A stretch of DNA of 63,179 bases, the filler included, from Vezdaea acicularis (lineage: Eukaryota), in NCBI GenBank assembly GCA_026025075.1. It is 3 parts of 3 records of this genome, joined end to end, with 100 filler letters (N's around TTAATTAATTAA, not from the genome) between each part and the next. Parts side by side here need not be neighbours in the genome. Positions count along the whole stretch, not along the records: positions 1 to 22,470 come from JAPEUI010000188.1; 2 more parts are not named here. One strand, written 5' to 3'. Made by a program: the position numbers and the translations under genes. The notes below the pieces were generated by a model. It was not told where the DNA came from and ran no database searches. It saw nothing but the letters and a program-made list of their open reading frames with translations. Numbering within the stretch: the stretch's first letter is position 1; each line of letters starts with the position of its first letter. Below are positions 1 to 12,332 of the stretch, piece by piece.

Positions 1-1854
1 GGGCCGGCGCCGCTTTGGTCGTGCAGCTCCCTGCACCCGACTCCCACGCCGGACCCTTTTTTCTCGTTGGGACGCAGCTGAGTCTGGTGCAGTCGCGGCA
101 ATCTGGACCTCGCCGCCAAGCCCCGCGTTATCGGATATTCGTAATTCATGCTGGCGCGATGCATTCTCGCTCTCCAAGACGAGCAGCGTTTGCATGTGCG
201 AGAGGACGTCGCAGGAAGCTCGAATCGATATTGTCGATACGGGATGCCGTCGAGCAGCCCTCGTCGTCGCATCGTCCTGCAACGGGCGACTCGGCGCCGC
301 GGATGGGAAGGTGCTTGGCGTCTGGGCACGCTGATCAGTCCCTGGATCGCACCGTTTGGAACCAGCGCACAGTGTCTTGGAATGCGCCTCTGCATCCGCC
401 CACCCAAGATCCAGGCCGGAGATGGGGATATCTCGTTCACGATGCAAGAGAAGCCGGAACAGCTGCGTCATGCTCAGGATCTCTCCGGTGCGAATTGTTC
501 GCGGATTCTCTCCGCCTGTGATGGAGTTCCAGCCACCGCCATGACGAGCGAGGTCGCCCCACGGTGCAGGCCTACAGTAGACAAACGTCGCGAGGGGCGC
601 TACGACATGTCGAGGGAGCCAGGGGGAGCTCGAACGTGCATGCAGCGATTCTTGCGTCGAGCACTATTGAAATGGATGGTCGCGGGCCAGGGCAGCTGCA
701 GCCTTCTCGGCGGTTGTTGCGCTGGTCATACGAACGTCCAAGACGTCGGAGCCCTTTCTTCGCGCCTCTCGCCGTGCCCATTCTCCATTCTCCATTCTGC
801 CATCTTCCTGTGCTTCCATCGCCTCTGCGCCGGCTTCGATTCAATAAGATAAGGTGCGCGGAGCCTGCACGGCCTCTGCAAGCGCGACAGCGTCGTGGAG
901 CGTCACGCCACCGCGACACCTTCCCCAGTGACATCCACTCGCCTTTCCGCCTTTCGTGCCTCTGGCCGGCCGGTGATTGAGCCCCTACCGCTTCCCGGAG
1001 GACCCGACCTGCCACATTAAACCACTGCCATGTGCACCTCATTTTTCTGAGAGACCTCCCCTGGAATCCCGAACATTGCTACCACCGCCCATTTCTCATG
1101 ATCTAACCCGACCTCTCAATCGACGACCATCCGCAATTGAGCGGCCGCCGATTCGTTTGTCGAGCCCTTGCCGTGGCCCTGGCTTGCAACTGGATTGGTG
1201 TGCCTTGCAGCAGTAGCCGAACGCTATTCGATCCATACCCGAGAAGCTGCCCAAGCTGCCTCATGAGAAACTCCACGGCCTCCTCCAGATCGCTGACGGC
1301 CTTGTGAGACGGAGCAACATCGACGGAGCGAGGTGAGTGAACGATCCAAACAAACACCGCAGTCCGTCCTGAGCGGCCACGAGTCGATTGGGCCTGGAGT
1401 CTATCTTCCTTCGTTCGCTTTTGGCACGGGCGTCGTTTCGTGAGTCGAGAACGCTGGCTGACGAGACTTTTTTTAGGGCCTCCTAGCTGGCTGCGTGCAG
1501 AGCAAGCCATTGTGCACGTCTTTCGATTGCTAGCCAGCCTGCGAAGCTCCATACGCTTATCCGAGAGCCGTCTCCATCTTACCCTCTCTCACTTCTCCAC
1601 CTCTCCACTTAATCCTCTCCGCCTCACCCCGTTATTGCACGAACTGATTACAGAGGGTCCGTGTACGGTTGGACGTCATTCTACCGGGCCTCCCTTACAA
1701 CCTACCTGTGCTGTCTGACCCAATTCACCTCTGAATCAATCTCCTCATCGAACTTGACGAGTCCCTCAGCTTTCGACAACCCCTCTCCTCATCTCGTCTT
1801 CAAATCAATTCCTTGACCAACAAAAGTCGCAGCTGCCTCGAACAAACCTTCATC

Positions 1855-2427
1855 ATGTCCTCCAATGAGAAAGTAGGGGGGGAGGTCCTTCCCCCACCAG
1901 CCAAACCTGCGGCAGTTCGAGTGAACACCACAAACAATGCAGCATGCAACCTGCCGACCATCGACGACGTGGATTCAGCGAGAACATTGACTCCCACGAC
2001 GACCTGCGAGACGCCGAGGGAAGAGCTGGGATCACACCCGTTCTCCGCATTCTACTGCCACCCGACCACCCGATACTCCTTTGAGGTTCAGAAGAGCGAG
2101 TCGAAGCCCATCATCAATGTCATGAGCGTCGACCTAGAAGCCTGTCGAGGAGTCAAGTCGTTGGACTTGGACCAACAGAGGAAGGACTGTACGGTCTGGC
2201 CCGGTAAACAGACCAAGCGGAGCTCTCTCAAGCGATGCCGCCAGAAGAAAGGTCCTGTCGCCCGGTTCAAGAGTCTCAGCCCGAACGTCAGGCTCTTGAT
2301 CAAGGTCTTGCTAGTACTGGTCGTCCTTGCTCTTGCCATTGGATTGGGACTTGGCATCTCGAAAGCTGTGGGCGGGGGAGTCTACAAATCGTCCACGCAG
2401 ACGAACGCCAGGATCGGTAGCCGGTAG
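1855..2427 (+). CDS. Hypothetical single-pass membrane protein
   Basis: Intronless ORF from ATG 1855 (MSSNEKVGG...); basic stretch followed by a hydrophobic helix LLIKVLLVLVVLALAIGLGLGIS near the C-terminus; pyrimidine-rich 5' flank. Confidence 0.7.
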   Translation: MSSNEKVGGEVLPPPAKPAAVRVNTTNNAACNLPTIDDVDSARTLTPTTTCETPREELGSHPFSAFYCHPTTRYSFEVQKSESKPIINVMSVDLEACRGVKSLDLDQQRKDCTVWPGKQTKRSSLKRCRQKKGPVARFKSLSPNVRLLIKVLLVLVVLALAIGLGLGISKAVGGGVYKSSTQTNARIGSR

Positions 2428-3260
2428 ACTTGTTCGAGGTCTGCAACACCAATATCTAGCCCCGAATGTAACCGTTATCTTGTTGAGTCAACCATATCAG
2501 ACGGAAACTTCGGTCCAGGACCTCTCATCCAACGCAATCTTCTGCGTCTCGATCTCGACTCGGGCCCTCGGGCACCCTTTCACATTCGCTCATACGCTTA
2601 GCTATCAGACACACTCGGCGTCTGTATTGTTCCCCTGGTTTTGGTCTAGGTCTGAAACCTCGACAGTCTCCGTCCTTAGATCGTCTGTCGACCCTTCACC
2701 TACGCTCAATAAATACGCCCTCTTAATCTCACCAAGTACAAGACTGCACCCGCTCTCATACCGGTCTCTTGTCGCCTCCCCCACCTTTTCTATCCACTGC
2801 TCGATCATCACCATCATCCTCATCCTTTCTCCTTGATACTACACCTGTCTCTACATTCCAGCATTTCTCAGGGCGTTCTCAATAGCATGTAACTACGGCG
2901 TTTTTCTCCTTTTCATCCATCCATCCGTCAAACTTGGCCCGAAGCCTACTATCGCCAGCGCGGCGGTCAAGGCCTTTCTTGAGCTCTCCCTCAGTGTCTA
3001 TTTTTTGGGTTTCTCTCTCGCAAGGGCGGGGAAGACTCGTAATGTTAGAAAGCTTCTAGGCAAATCGAATAGATGGACGTCCCAGTGGCGCTCGGGTTTT
3101 CATGGAGCCCGCTCTTTTGCTTTGCTTGTGGCTTGCTGTTGTGCGTAATATCGACACTCTGAAACCCCCCCCTCCCCTCATTATCGCCGCTATAGTAAAT
3201 GCCTTTCGCCAACCCCCTTCCTGTAGACATACCACAGCGCCCATCATGATGTGTGATACC

Positions 3261-6070
3261 CGTAACGCGAACAAGTGGTGCCCCACGTGAGGAAGTGGAA
3301 AAAGGCACGTGAGATGGGGGATTTTTGTGTCATGTTAGGGGGGGTTAGGGTGGGTTCAAGATGAGGACGTTTTTGGATCGCGGGTGTCCCGCAGGTGAGC
3401 GAGGGGGACCGTCTGCTAGCAGAGAACAAACTCCTAACGCGAAAACCTCCTTCTCACGTGATAGAGAGGGGAGAGCACGTGAGAGGCGAGTTTTTACGTT
3501 GCGTTTGGGGGGGGGGGGGTATGGATCGTTCGGGGCCCGCAGGCGAACCGCAGGAGTCCCACAGGCTAGTGGGCTTTCGAAGCGGTTGACAAAATTGATG
3601 GCGCATAAGCGAACAGTGGGTATGTTTACCCATCGGCGTGCGTTACTCTTAGCATTTCCCAGATCGTTGGCAATCCATAACAATTACTCTTAGTATGAGC
3701 TTGATAGTATCACGTCTTGGTTTTCTTTGAGGTATCATGCTCTGGGCTATGCGTACGACCTGTTCAGGCCGTTTGGGGCCTTCAAGCGTCTAGCATTTGG
3801 CTACTGGGGAGCCTTCGCTTATGCGCCATCAATTTTGTCAACCGCTTCGTTTGTTAGCTGAGGGATGATTGCACCACGAAAAGTACGATTCACGTGATAG
3901 GGGGAGAAGAGCACGTGAGAGATATGGATTTCGTGTTGCGTTGGGGGGTATATTAGTCGCGCGCATGATACTCGAGACGCGAAAAGTCTGGTTCACGTGA
4001 TAGGAGGGAGAAAGCACGTGGGGGGTGGAGTTTTGCGTTGCATTCTCGAAGCGAATAGGGCAGAATTCTTTTAGTCGTACGTCACGCCAGGGCTGGCGCC
4101 CAACGATTGCGACGCGAAAATCATCCATTCACGTGATAAAAGCGGAGAATCACGTGGAAAGATGGATTTTGCGTTGCATTCTCGAAGCGAGTAGGGCCAC
4201 AAAGCAGCAAGGCACGCCGCGCGGTAAATGCGCGATGGCAAATGCATGATCGAGACGCGAAAAGTTGCTTCTCACGTGAGCTTTGTGGAGAAGCACGTGA
4301 GGTGGTGGTTTTCGCGTTGCATTTTGAGGCAACGCCCCTAAACGTGCGCGACGATGGCCCGGGCGCAGGCGGCACGCACGGTCATGGGGGCACGAGTCCG
4401 GGTAATTGAAACGCGAAAAGGGGTTTCTCACGTGAGCAAGGGGGGAGAGCACGTGAGAGGGTTGTTTTCGCGTTGCATCCTCATGCGCAGTGGGTTACAT
4501 GGGAGTTGCATGATCCTACGTGGGTTGCATTACTCCAACGTGGGTTGCTTCCAGGGTATGCCGCAGCGGGCTCCCCGCAGTGTCCCCGCAAGCGCCCCCG
4601 CACAGGCATGATAGTCGTAACGCGAAAACCTTCTCATCATGTGAATGTGAGGGAAGGGCACGTGAGGACGGGGTTTTTGTGTTGCGTCAGTGACCGTCAA
4701 CAGGAAGGCATTATGGGATGGATCGCAGGCGTGGCCGCAGGGGAGCCGCTACGCTTGTCGAGAGGATGGTTATCGGGACGTGGAAAGTTGTGACTCACGT
4801 GATAGAATCAGTAGAGCACGTGAGAGTGAACTTTTTGCGTTGCAGGTTTGGCATTGAGATAGGGCCGTCAAAGATGAGGGCATTTACGGATCGCAGGGGA
4901 GCCGCAGGAGAGCCGCAGGAGCCCCCGGCCCTGAGCTGCTTCACGACGTCTGGAAACCGCAACGTAAAAAGTGATCTATCACGTGATAAACAGGATAAGG
5001 CACGTGAAATGGTAATTTTTGCGTTGCATCCTCAAAGGAGCCAACGCCCAATGCATGCAGTGCCTGATCGGCAAAAACATCGCAACGCGAAAAAGGGCCG
5101 ATCACGTGTAAAAGAGCAATATTCACGTGAGGGAGGAGTTTTTGTGTCACGGTAGTGATTGTGGAGGCGAGGGTATTTATGGATCGCAGCGGTCCCGCAG
5201 GGGAGCCGCCGGGGAAGCCATAGGGGGATGGATCGCAAGGGGGATCGCAGGCGTCCCGCAGTGGGTCGCGCAGGGCAGCCGCCATGCTCGTCGGGAGAAT
5301 GATCGTAACGCGGAAAGTCTTTGATCACCTGAGAGGGAGGGAAGAGCACGTAAGGGGACGGTTCGTTACGTTGTGTCGCTGACCGTCGATATGAGGGCAT
5401 TATGGATCGCAGGCGTGCCGCAAGGGTTGCGCAAGGGAGCCGCAATCCCCGTCGGGATGCGGGTCGTGATGCAAAAAGTGATGCATCACGTGAGAAAGTG
5501 GAACGGCACGTGGGGAGGTGGCTTTCGTGTTGCGTTGATAACAGTCAAGGTGAGGGTATTTTGGGAAAGTATTTTGGATCGCAGGGGAGCCGCAGATGTC
5601 CCGCAGGTGACTGCTGGTGGAGGGTGACCGTAACGCGAAAACTCAGTCATCACGGGATATCAGGGGGTGCGCACGTGAGAAGGTGATTTTCGCGTTGTGT
5701 TCAAGATGAGGGGGTTATAGGTCGCAGGGGAGCCGCAGGCGTCCCGCAAGGCGGTGACGACTGCTAGCAAAGAATGAACGCAACACAAAAACCATAGTCA
5801 CGTGATATGGGAGGACGGACACGTTGTGTTAGGGAGGGTCGAGATGAGGGGATTTTAAATAGCAGGCGTGCCGCAGGGAAGTCTATCGGAATCGATGATC
5901 GTAACGCGAAAAGTCATAGCTCACGTGAGAAAGGAGAATAGCACGTGGGATTGAGGTTTTTGCGTTGCGTCTTCGTGCGTGTAAACGCATGCAGGCATCA
6001 ATCAAATTTATGCAACGATGAATTGAATGTCTCACGTGAGATCACGTTGACCTGGAGATTCGGCGTTGCA
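3261..6070 (+). repeat. Array of ~16 quasi-palindromic ~71-bp double-CACGTG cores with variable linkers (array 1)
   Basis: Cores start near 3261, 3435, 3871, 3973, 4109, 4251, 4408, 4616, 4774, 4958, 5081, 5304, 5466, 5629, 5779, 5900, plus a degenerate one at ~6011; consensus CGYAACGCGAAAA-N-TCACGTGA-N-GCACGTG-N-TTTTGCGTTGC. Confidence 0.9.
3578..3849 (+). mobile_element. MITE copy 1 (272 bp, perfect 36-bp TIR, TSD TTT), inserted in array 1
   Basis: CGAAGCGGTTGACAAAATTGATGGCGCATAAGCGAA at 3578 and its exact reverse complement ending at 3849; TTT on both flanks; homologous copies at 29024 and 32730. Confidence 0.9.
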
Positions 6071-6342
6071 GGTGGCTGAGCTTCCGCCTGCAGCACGGGT
6101 GGCACACCCCCATCATTGGGCAGGAACCTGCAACAGCAAACTCGTCGTCATTTGCGGCTCTTCATTGAGGGCACCGCGTAAAGCCGAACCCCGCAAAATG
6201 CCCCCACACGCAAGAGTGCCGAGGACTGGTCATTGACCAGAGGACGAGTACCTCGGGCCGATCTAAGGCATGATGAAGCTAGCAACATCTACGCTGCTCT
6301 CCTGTGCCTCTTGCGATATCTTCGCAACTTGACATTGCACCG

Positions 6343-7963
6343 ATGGTTTCCGCAATTCGGGTCGCGCCCTCTGCGGCGAAACGGGCATTGAATCTTCTGC
6401 GGACGGTGCAATATACCCATCCACCGTCATGCCCTTGCCACTCTGCGCCAGGCCATCATCACAACGCGCCTGAGCTGTTGAGTAGTGCACGCCGCTCGCT
6501 GGCAACGCCGGTCGATGCCTCGCGACAAAAGGAGTATGCGTTCGAAATGGCTGGTCGGTTCCGTCAATTGAGTTCTCCACTTCCTTGGCTGACATCCTTG
6601 GAATAGCAAGCTCCATCAGGTTTGGTCCGGGATGTACTCGGGAAGTGGGCATGGACTTTAAGAATATCGGTGCTCATAGGGTGGTGGTGGTGACCGACAA
6701 GAATGTCGCCAAGCTGGATGCTATGAAACAAGTTCAGGAGGGGCTTGAGGGGGAAGGCGTGGAGTATACTGTCTTTGACAATGTTAGGGTGGAACCAAAG
6801 GATAGCTCGTGAGTCGCATTTATTTACAAGAATTGAATCCGAGGGCAAGTGTCTCTATCAAAAACACCATTTGCTAATGATGCTAGCATCATAGGATCAA
6901 AGAAGCCATTGACTTTGCAAAACCATATAGTCCAGACGCATTCCTTGCCGTAGGTGGCGGTAGCGTCATAGATACAGCGAAGCTCATGAATCTCTACACC
7001 TCATTTCCTGACGCCGACTTCCTCGACTTTGTCAATGCACCATTGGGAAAAGGGCTTCCCATCACGAAGCCTTTGAAGCCCCTGATAGCTGTACCAACTA
7101 CCGCTGGGACGGGCTCAGAGACTACTGGAACAGCCATCTTCGACCTTGTAGCCAAGAAGGCGAAGACAGGCATAGCTCATCGAGCCCTCAAACCCACCCT
7201 CGGCATATGCGACCCCCTGAACACCCGCACAATGCCTTCGGCTGTCCACGCCTCTTCAGGTCTTGATGTCCTCTGCCACGCTCTTGAATCCTGGACCGCA
7301 ACCCCATACTACGAGCGCATTCCGCGTCCCACTAATCCCATCAATCGCCCCGCCTACCAGGGCGCGAACCCTATCAGCGATATCTTCTCACTGCAGGCGT
7401 TGCGCGACACAGTCAAGTACCTCCCTCGCGTCGTCAAAGACCCCGAAGACTACGAAGCTCAAAGCCAGATGCTACTCGCCGCAACGCTTGCCGGTGTTGG
7501 ATTCGGAAATGCGGGCGTGCATCTCTGTCACGGTATGAGCTATCCGATATCAGGCCAGAACCCCGGCAACTACAAACACGCCGGCTACCAGGTCTCCTCG
7601 CCCATCATCCCGCACGGCGTCAGTGTCGCCGTCACAGCCCCAGCGGTGTTCAAATTCACCGGCGCATCGAATCCGGAGAGACATCTGGCTGCGGCAGAGA
7701 TCTTTGGCGTTGATATATCGAACGTTAAGAAGGAGAGCGCGGGGGATGTGCTGAGTGAGGCGCTGAAGGAGTTTTTGGTGAAGCTGGGGGATCAACCAAG
7801 GGGTCTGACGGCGATGGGCTTTGGAAAGGAGCATGTGGAGGCTTTGGTCGAGGGCACGCTGCCGCAGAGGAGAGTGTTGATGCTAGCGCCAAGCTTGAGT
7901 GAGGAAGTGGGGGAGGAGAGAGAGCAGTTGAGGGCCCTGTTTGAGGAGGCCATGGAGTATTAA
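6343..7963 (+). CDS. ADHFE1: Mitochondrial hydroxyacid-oxoacid transhydrogenase (iron-containing ADH family); introns 6554-6606 and 6809-6894
   Basis: Motifs EYAFEMA/ASSIRFGPG, AVGGGSVIDTAK, IAVPTTAGTGSETTG, GNAGVHLCHGMSYPI, PHGVSV; splicing restores the frame; N-terminal targeting-like peptide. Confidence 0.93.
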
Positions 7964-9273
7964 ACTGTAGAAGCTTTGACAAGGGCAATTCTGTGTAGGA
8001 AACAATCGAAATCAAACCAACATTGTCTAGATAGGGTGCATAGACCCTGGAGCTTGACAATATTCATTGCATTCGGCGCGTCTTTGCGTGGTGGATACGG
8101 GGCGCGCAACATGATATCATCGCAGTATTTGCATACTGATAGGTAGTGCACGGACTGGGCTCTGGCCTTATGTTGAGGTAGCAAGGTAGGTGACTGACGT
8201 CGCAGTCACTCGGAGGTTTGAGAAGCCTTTGGAACAGAATGGGCTGTGAACATGTTGCATGGCATGAATAGTGGGGTCCTCCGCGATAAAAGATAGCGAT
8301 CCAACGGCTAAGGCGCAGATCTCCCAGATCTATCCTTCCCCAGGGCTCTCTCTCTATCTCTACCGACGCGTGGCCGCATAAGGCGAGATGTTGCGAGTTG
8401 GAGGATCGGCCACTCAGCTTACGTTGGTGACACGCTTGGCATCGGCCGGGGTCCAGGCTCGGCACTGCCTCTCCCTATTTTCGTGGGACGGGCTCGCCTA
8501 AGATTTCGAGATTCGATCGCCGTTTCGCGCGAACAACCCCCAAGCACGGGCCAAGCCTTTTGCTTCTTTTCCCCTCAGGATCAACCACCGTTCTGGAGGC
8601 GTGGGTCGGCCCTACAACCATTGCTTCGTCGCCCGCTGTCGAGTTCCGCTCGTCGCACATCCTTATTGCCCTCAATTATCCTGATCGAGTAGCGTACGAA
8701 GTAGCCCTTCCTCTCTTATACCATTTTGCTTCAAGTGCCCTTGTTGGAAGTCCAAGCCTTCAGCCGCACTACTCCTTTCTCAACCTCGGTTCCGCCCAAA
8801 CCACCGTCTTCTTCGGCTTTCGCACTTTCACATTATAAAGTATACACTCGCCGGCTACTAAGCTCGACGCTCTTCAATTCATGGAAGTGAGGGTCTCCCC
8901 TCATCGGCGGTGACCTCCGTTCCTGGAGAGCCCTCGCGCTTTCTCCCTCGGTCTGTTTCAGCCTTGACAGCGAGACTCGATCTCTGCCCTCAGCCGCACC
9001 ACTTTCGACTACCATTCGAAACTCAAGGGTTCCGAGGCCTCGAATTGAAGCCCCCAAAAGGCCTGGCATTGACGTATTGCCTTCAGTATTACTGCTGGCG
9101 TCAAATACTTATGGTCAAGACTAGTTCTCTGCAAGTCTAGGCCGCAAGCTCGTAACTGCCTAGCCAAAAAGGCCGAATTGGTCAACGTAGTGCGTTGCGA
9201 ATATATACCAGGCTTGCTCGGGACAAAAGTTTTGCTCTCACCTTAGTCTTCGGACTAAACTGGGTTCTCCAAG

Positions 9274-11298
9274 ATGCCTGACCTGGGTTGCGCTCGCAAC
9301 CTCTTCTCATTGCTACGAAATCTTCTTTTAGCGATCCTCCTCTACAGCAGCATCTACATCCTCATAAATCTTGTGCGAACGGGCTCAATAGACCCAAGAG
9401 TACGTTTGAAACATACACAATCCGCACAGGTACCTGCGAAAGAGGAGATACGACCGATTGGCGGCCCAAGCAGCCCCTCCAGCTCGAAAGTGACGATACA
9501 GATCGGAAATGCCAAGACGATAACGATCAATCCACATGCGAACTGGTTCAACAGACCAGAGAGTGCCGTTCTACCTCGGGATGACTATTTGGGGCCACGA
9601 CCTCACGTCGACACTGTTGCGAATCTTTCTTTGTTAGTTGAGGAGTGTCGGGGGACATATGAGGGATTAGAGAGGATGCGTGACGTATTTCATTGCATGG
9701 AGTATCAGGCGAATAAGGAGGACGAGTACTACTTTGTTCCAGAGACTGGATCAAGAGCCAGCGAGCAGGATCCACAGAAAGCGGAGTATCTGAATGCGGA
9801 TGGACACAACAATACTCTGCAGAAGTACCTATCAGTCTCAGCGGCAGAACCTGCAGCTTTATCGTCTGTAGGGACCTGCCCTGGTCCCATTATCCCTATG
9901 CACGTGTATTGGACTGGTCCTGCGACGTGGCGGGTCGAGATCTTCATCAAGAGTTATTTATACACGCAGAATCTGCCTTGCTCAAGGCTCTGGCTCTGGC
10001 TGGACACTGATCGAAATCCTAAAGCCTTGGACCACATGTTAAAAAAGGACGTCCTGTTCAAGAGGTTCTTGCCGTTTGTCGAGCGCGGTGATGTAGTGCT
10101 AAAGGAATGGAAGTTCCCTTCTCGAATTCCTTTGCCTAAAGATATGGACAACACCGACGGGGTTGGATACTACCAAACGCCAGGGAAGCCCGATTTAAAT
10201 GGGGATAGCGCGGTGGCGGATGGCATAGTCCGAGACGAGACGGGTCAGGAATGGCTGGCGCTCACTTCGAAACAGATGACATTCCTGCCGCAAGCTATAT
10301 CTGACGCCGTCCGCTTTGTCATTTTACATTTGCATGGCGGATTGTACTGCGATATGGACGTCCTGTTTCTTCGAGACATGCGACCTTTACTTCTACCCGA
10401 CCCCTCAACTGGTGAACATGCTTTCGCCGAGCGGTGGGCAGCACACCCCCACCCTGGCGACTACAATACCGCAATCATGTCACTCACCGCCAACTCCTCG
10501 CTTTCTTCATACTTTCTTAGGGGTGGTGTCCGAATGGGCTTGAACTTCCATCCGAGAGTAATCGGGCGAATGGCATGGAAAGACAAGCGGAACCAAGAGC
10601 TACTGATGCTCGAAACCGCAGCCTTCGACCCCATCTGGACGGAGTTCAACTGGGCACGGGAAGGTCGTTGCACAGTGCCTTGCCTGCGAGACTACGGTGT
10701 GGCTTTCAAGGGCAAGCCCGAAGCTATCAGGGATGAATGGGAGAGCTACGATGGACCACAGCTCGAGGAAATTGACCTCACGAAGCGTGAAATGGATGCT
10801 GACGCATTGGAACACACACTTCCGGACGCCGCCCCCGCGCGAAGACAACGCCGAGCTGAGCTGGCAAAGCGCTACGAGTCCGCAGAAGAGCAACCCCCTG
10901 CGCCTGGTGACAAATCCGTCGTCGAGTCCTTCAGCACTACCAGCGAAGAAGAGGATACACTGCGCGCCGCAGGTGTCATCGGCGATTACCGCATCACGGA
11001 AGACACCTATCCGCCCAACAACCGCACCCTCGGGAACTTCTTCCGCGGCGCCTGGACCTATCACATCCACAACCAGGTAAGAACCCATCCCCAGTCCTAA
11101 AGCTTAAGCTTGACTGCTCTAGAGACAATCCGCTAATGAATGAAATAGTGGCTCCGTCACCCCGAACCCTCCTCCTGGTTCTCCGTCATCCAACACGCAC
11201 ACGACGGCTTCTTCACCGGCGTCCGCCAAAACCCCTACGGCGAGCGCTGGGCCGGCCCGCCGATCGCTCCCTACAACCGCTGGGCTGAGTACACCTAG
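9274..11298 (+). CDS. Type II membrane DXD glycosyltransferase (GT32-like); intron 11077-11148
   Basis: N-terminal TM helix; SDAVRFVILHLHGGLYCDMDVLFLRDM motif; spliced last exon WLRHPEPSSWF...EYT*. Confidence 0.8.
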
Positions 11299-12332
11299 AT
11301 TCCTTCAGCCTTCTTTCTTGCGATGGAACATCGCGCCCTGCAAATTCTCTCTTGCGCAATCGTGCCTTGCCCTTCATCTTCGCGGGTATTTTGCTTTAGC
11401 AGGGCGTTTTTTGAGGCATTAACTGGGTTTTTGTAGGCGGCGCATCTAGATTCCGTGGCTCGGCGCTCCTTTCCTTCTACTGCTGTTGCCCCCCTTCATT
11501 TAGGAGAGGGGGGTGGTTAGATCGCTTGGCTTTGCGGACTTGTGAATAGTGCTGGTGGCTTGGTGCTTCGAGGATGGGGGCAGGTGGTGTAGAAAATTCC
11601 ATTCGTGTCCTCTGAAAGGTCATTCCCCCCTATGCTTTCACCGTGTCCATCGTATCATTGGCTACCGCTGGTATCAATGCCACCCCCGCGGGCAGCGGTA
11701 GGCATGACGAGACTATATATCCCACCTCTCCACCTCTCTCCCTCAACAAACCTAAGCATCCCGGGAACGATAATCCGCCTGCACAACCCTCAGAGACGAG
11801 ACTTAACTAACTCGTGATACCCCCCGCTAGAGATGATACACACGAATCGTCCAGGAAATCTAGAGATTCATGGGAGTTTATAGCTGGTGCTGAAGATCAG
11901 ATAGACCGGGATGGCTGTCGTGAATGTGTTTCGTGTAGAGGTGGAGATGTGGAGAAGGGTTGAGAGGGTGGGATTCGGGGGGTTAGATGCTGGTATGATG
12001 GGATATTCGGGGCTTGTGGGAATAGGTCCTGCGGACTGGACTTGAGGATTCGGGTAGCAGAACGAGGCCCAAGAGGGCGGATGGGTGCTAAAAATATCGA
12101 CTAAAAGGGGGGATTTGCACGGCTTGTCAGAAGATGTGGAGGGGGGGCACTTGTGGAAATTGGGTATAAATTTCTTTCGAAAGTGTAATACAACAGGTCC
12201 CAAATAGAGGTAGTAAACTCGTGAATTGAAGGAGATAAAGTGAATGTATACCGCTAACCGACAGAACCCGCCAATCCATGTCCCAGCCCAGATGCAGAAC
12301 GGTAGAAATACAAAGGAGATCTGAAACACTCA

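Noticed and set aside
15..1718. Overlapping ORFs up to 234 aa in the GC-rich start of the window
   Set aside because: Alternative start codons, Arg/Pro/Ser-biased composition and no recognisable domain; probably upstream non-coding DNA
3045..5686. Many short ORFs across array 1 (and 57503-58936 across array 2)
   Set aside because: By-products of repeated GC-rich motifs; no consistent frame or protein motifs
3261..6070. CRISPR array or integron attC cassette interpretation
   Set aside because: Fungal context with no cas or integrase genes; repeats are long and degenerate, and linkers are related to each other rather than unique or coding
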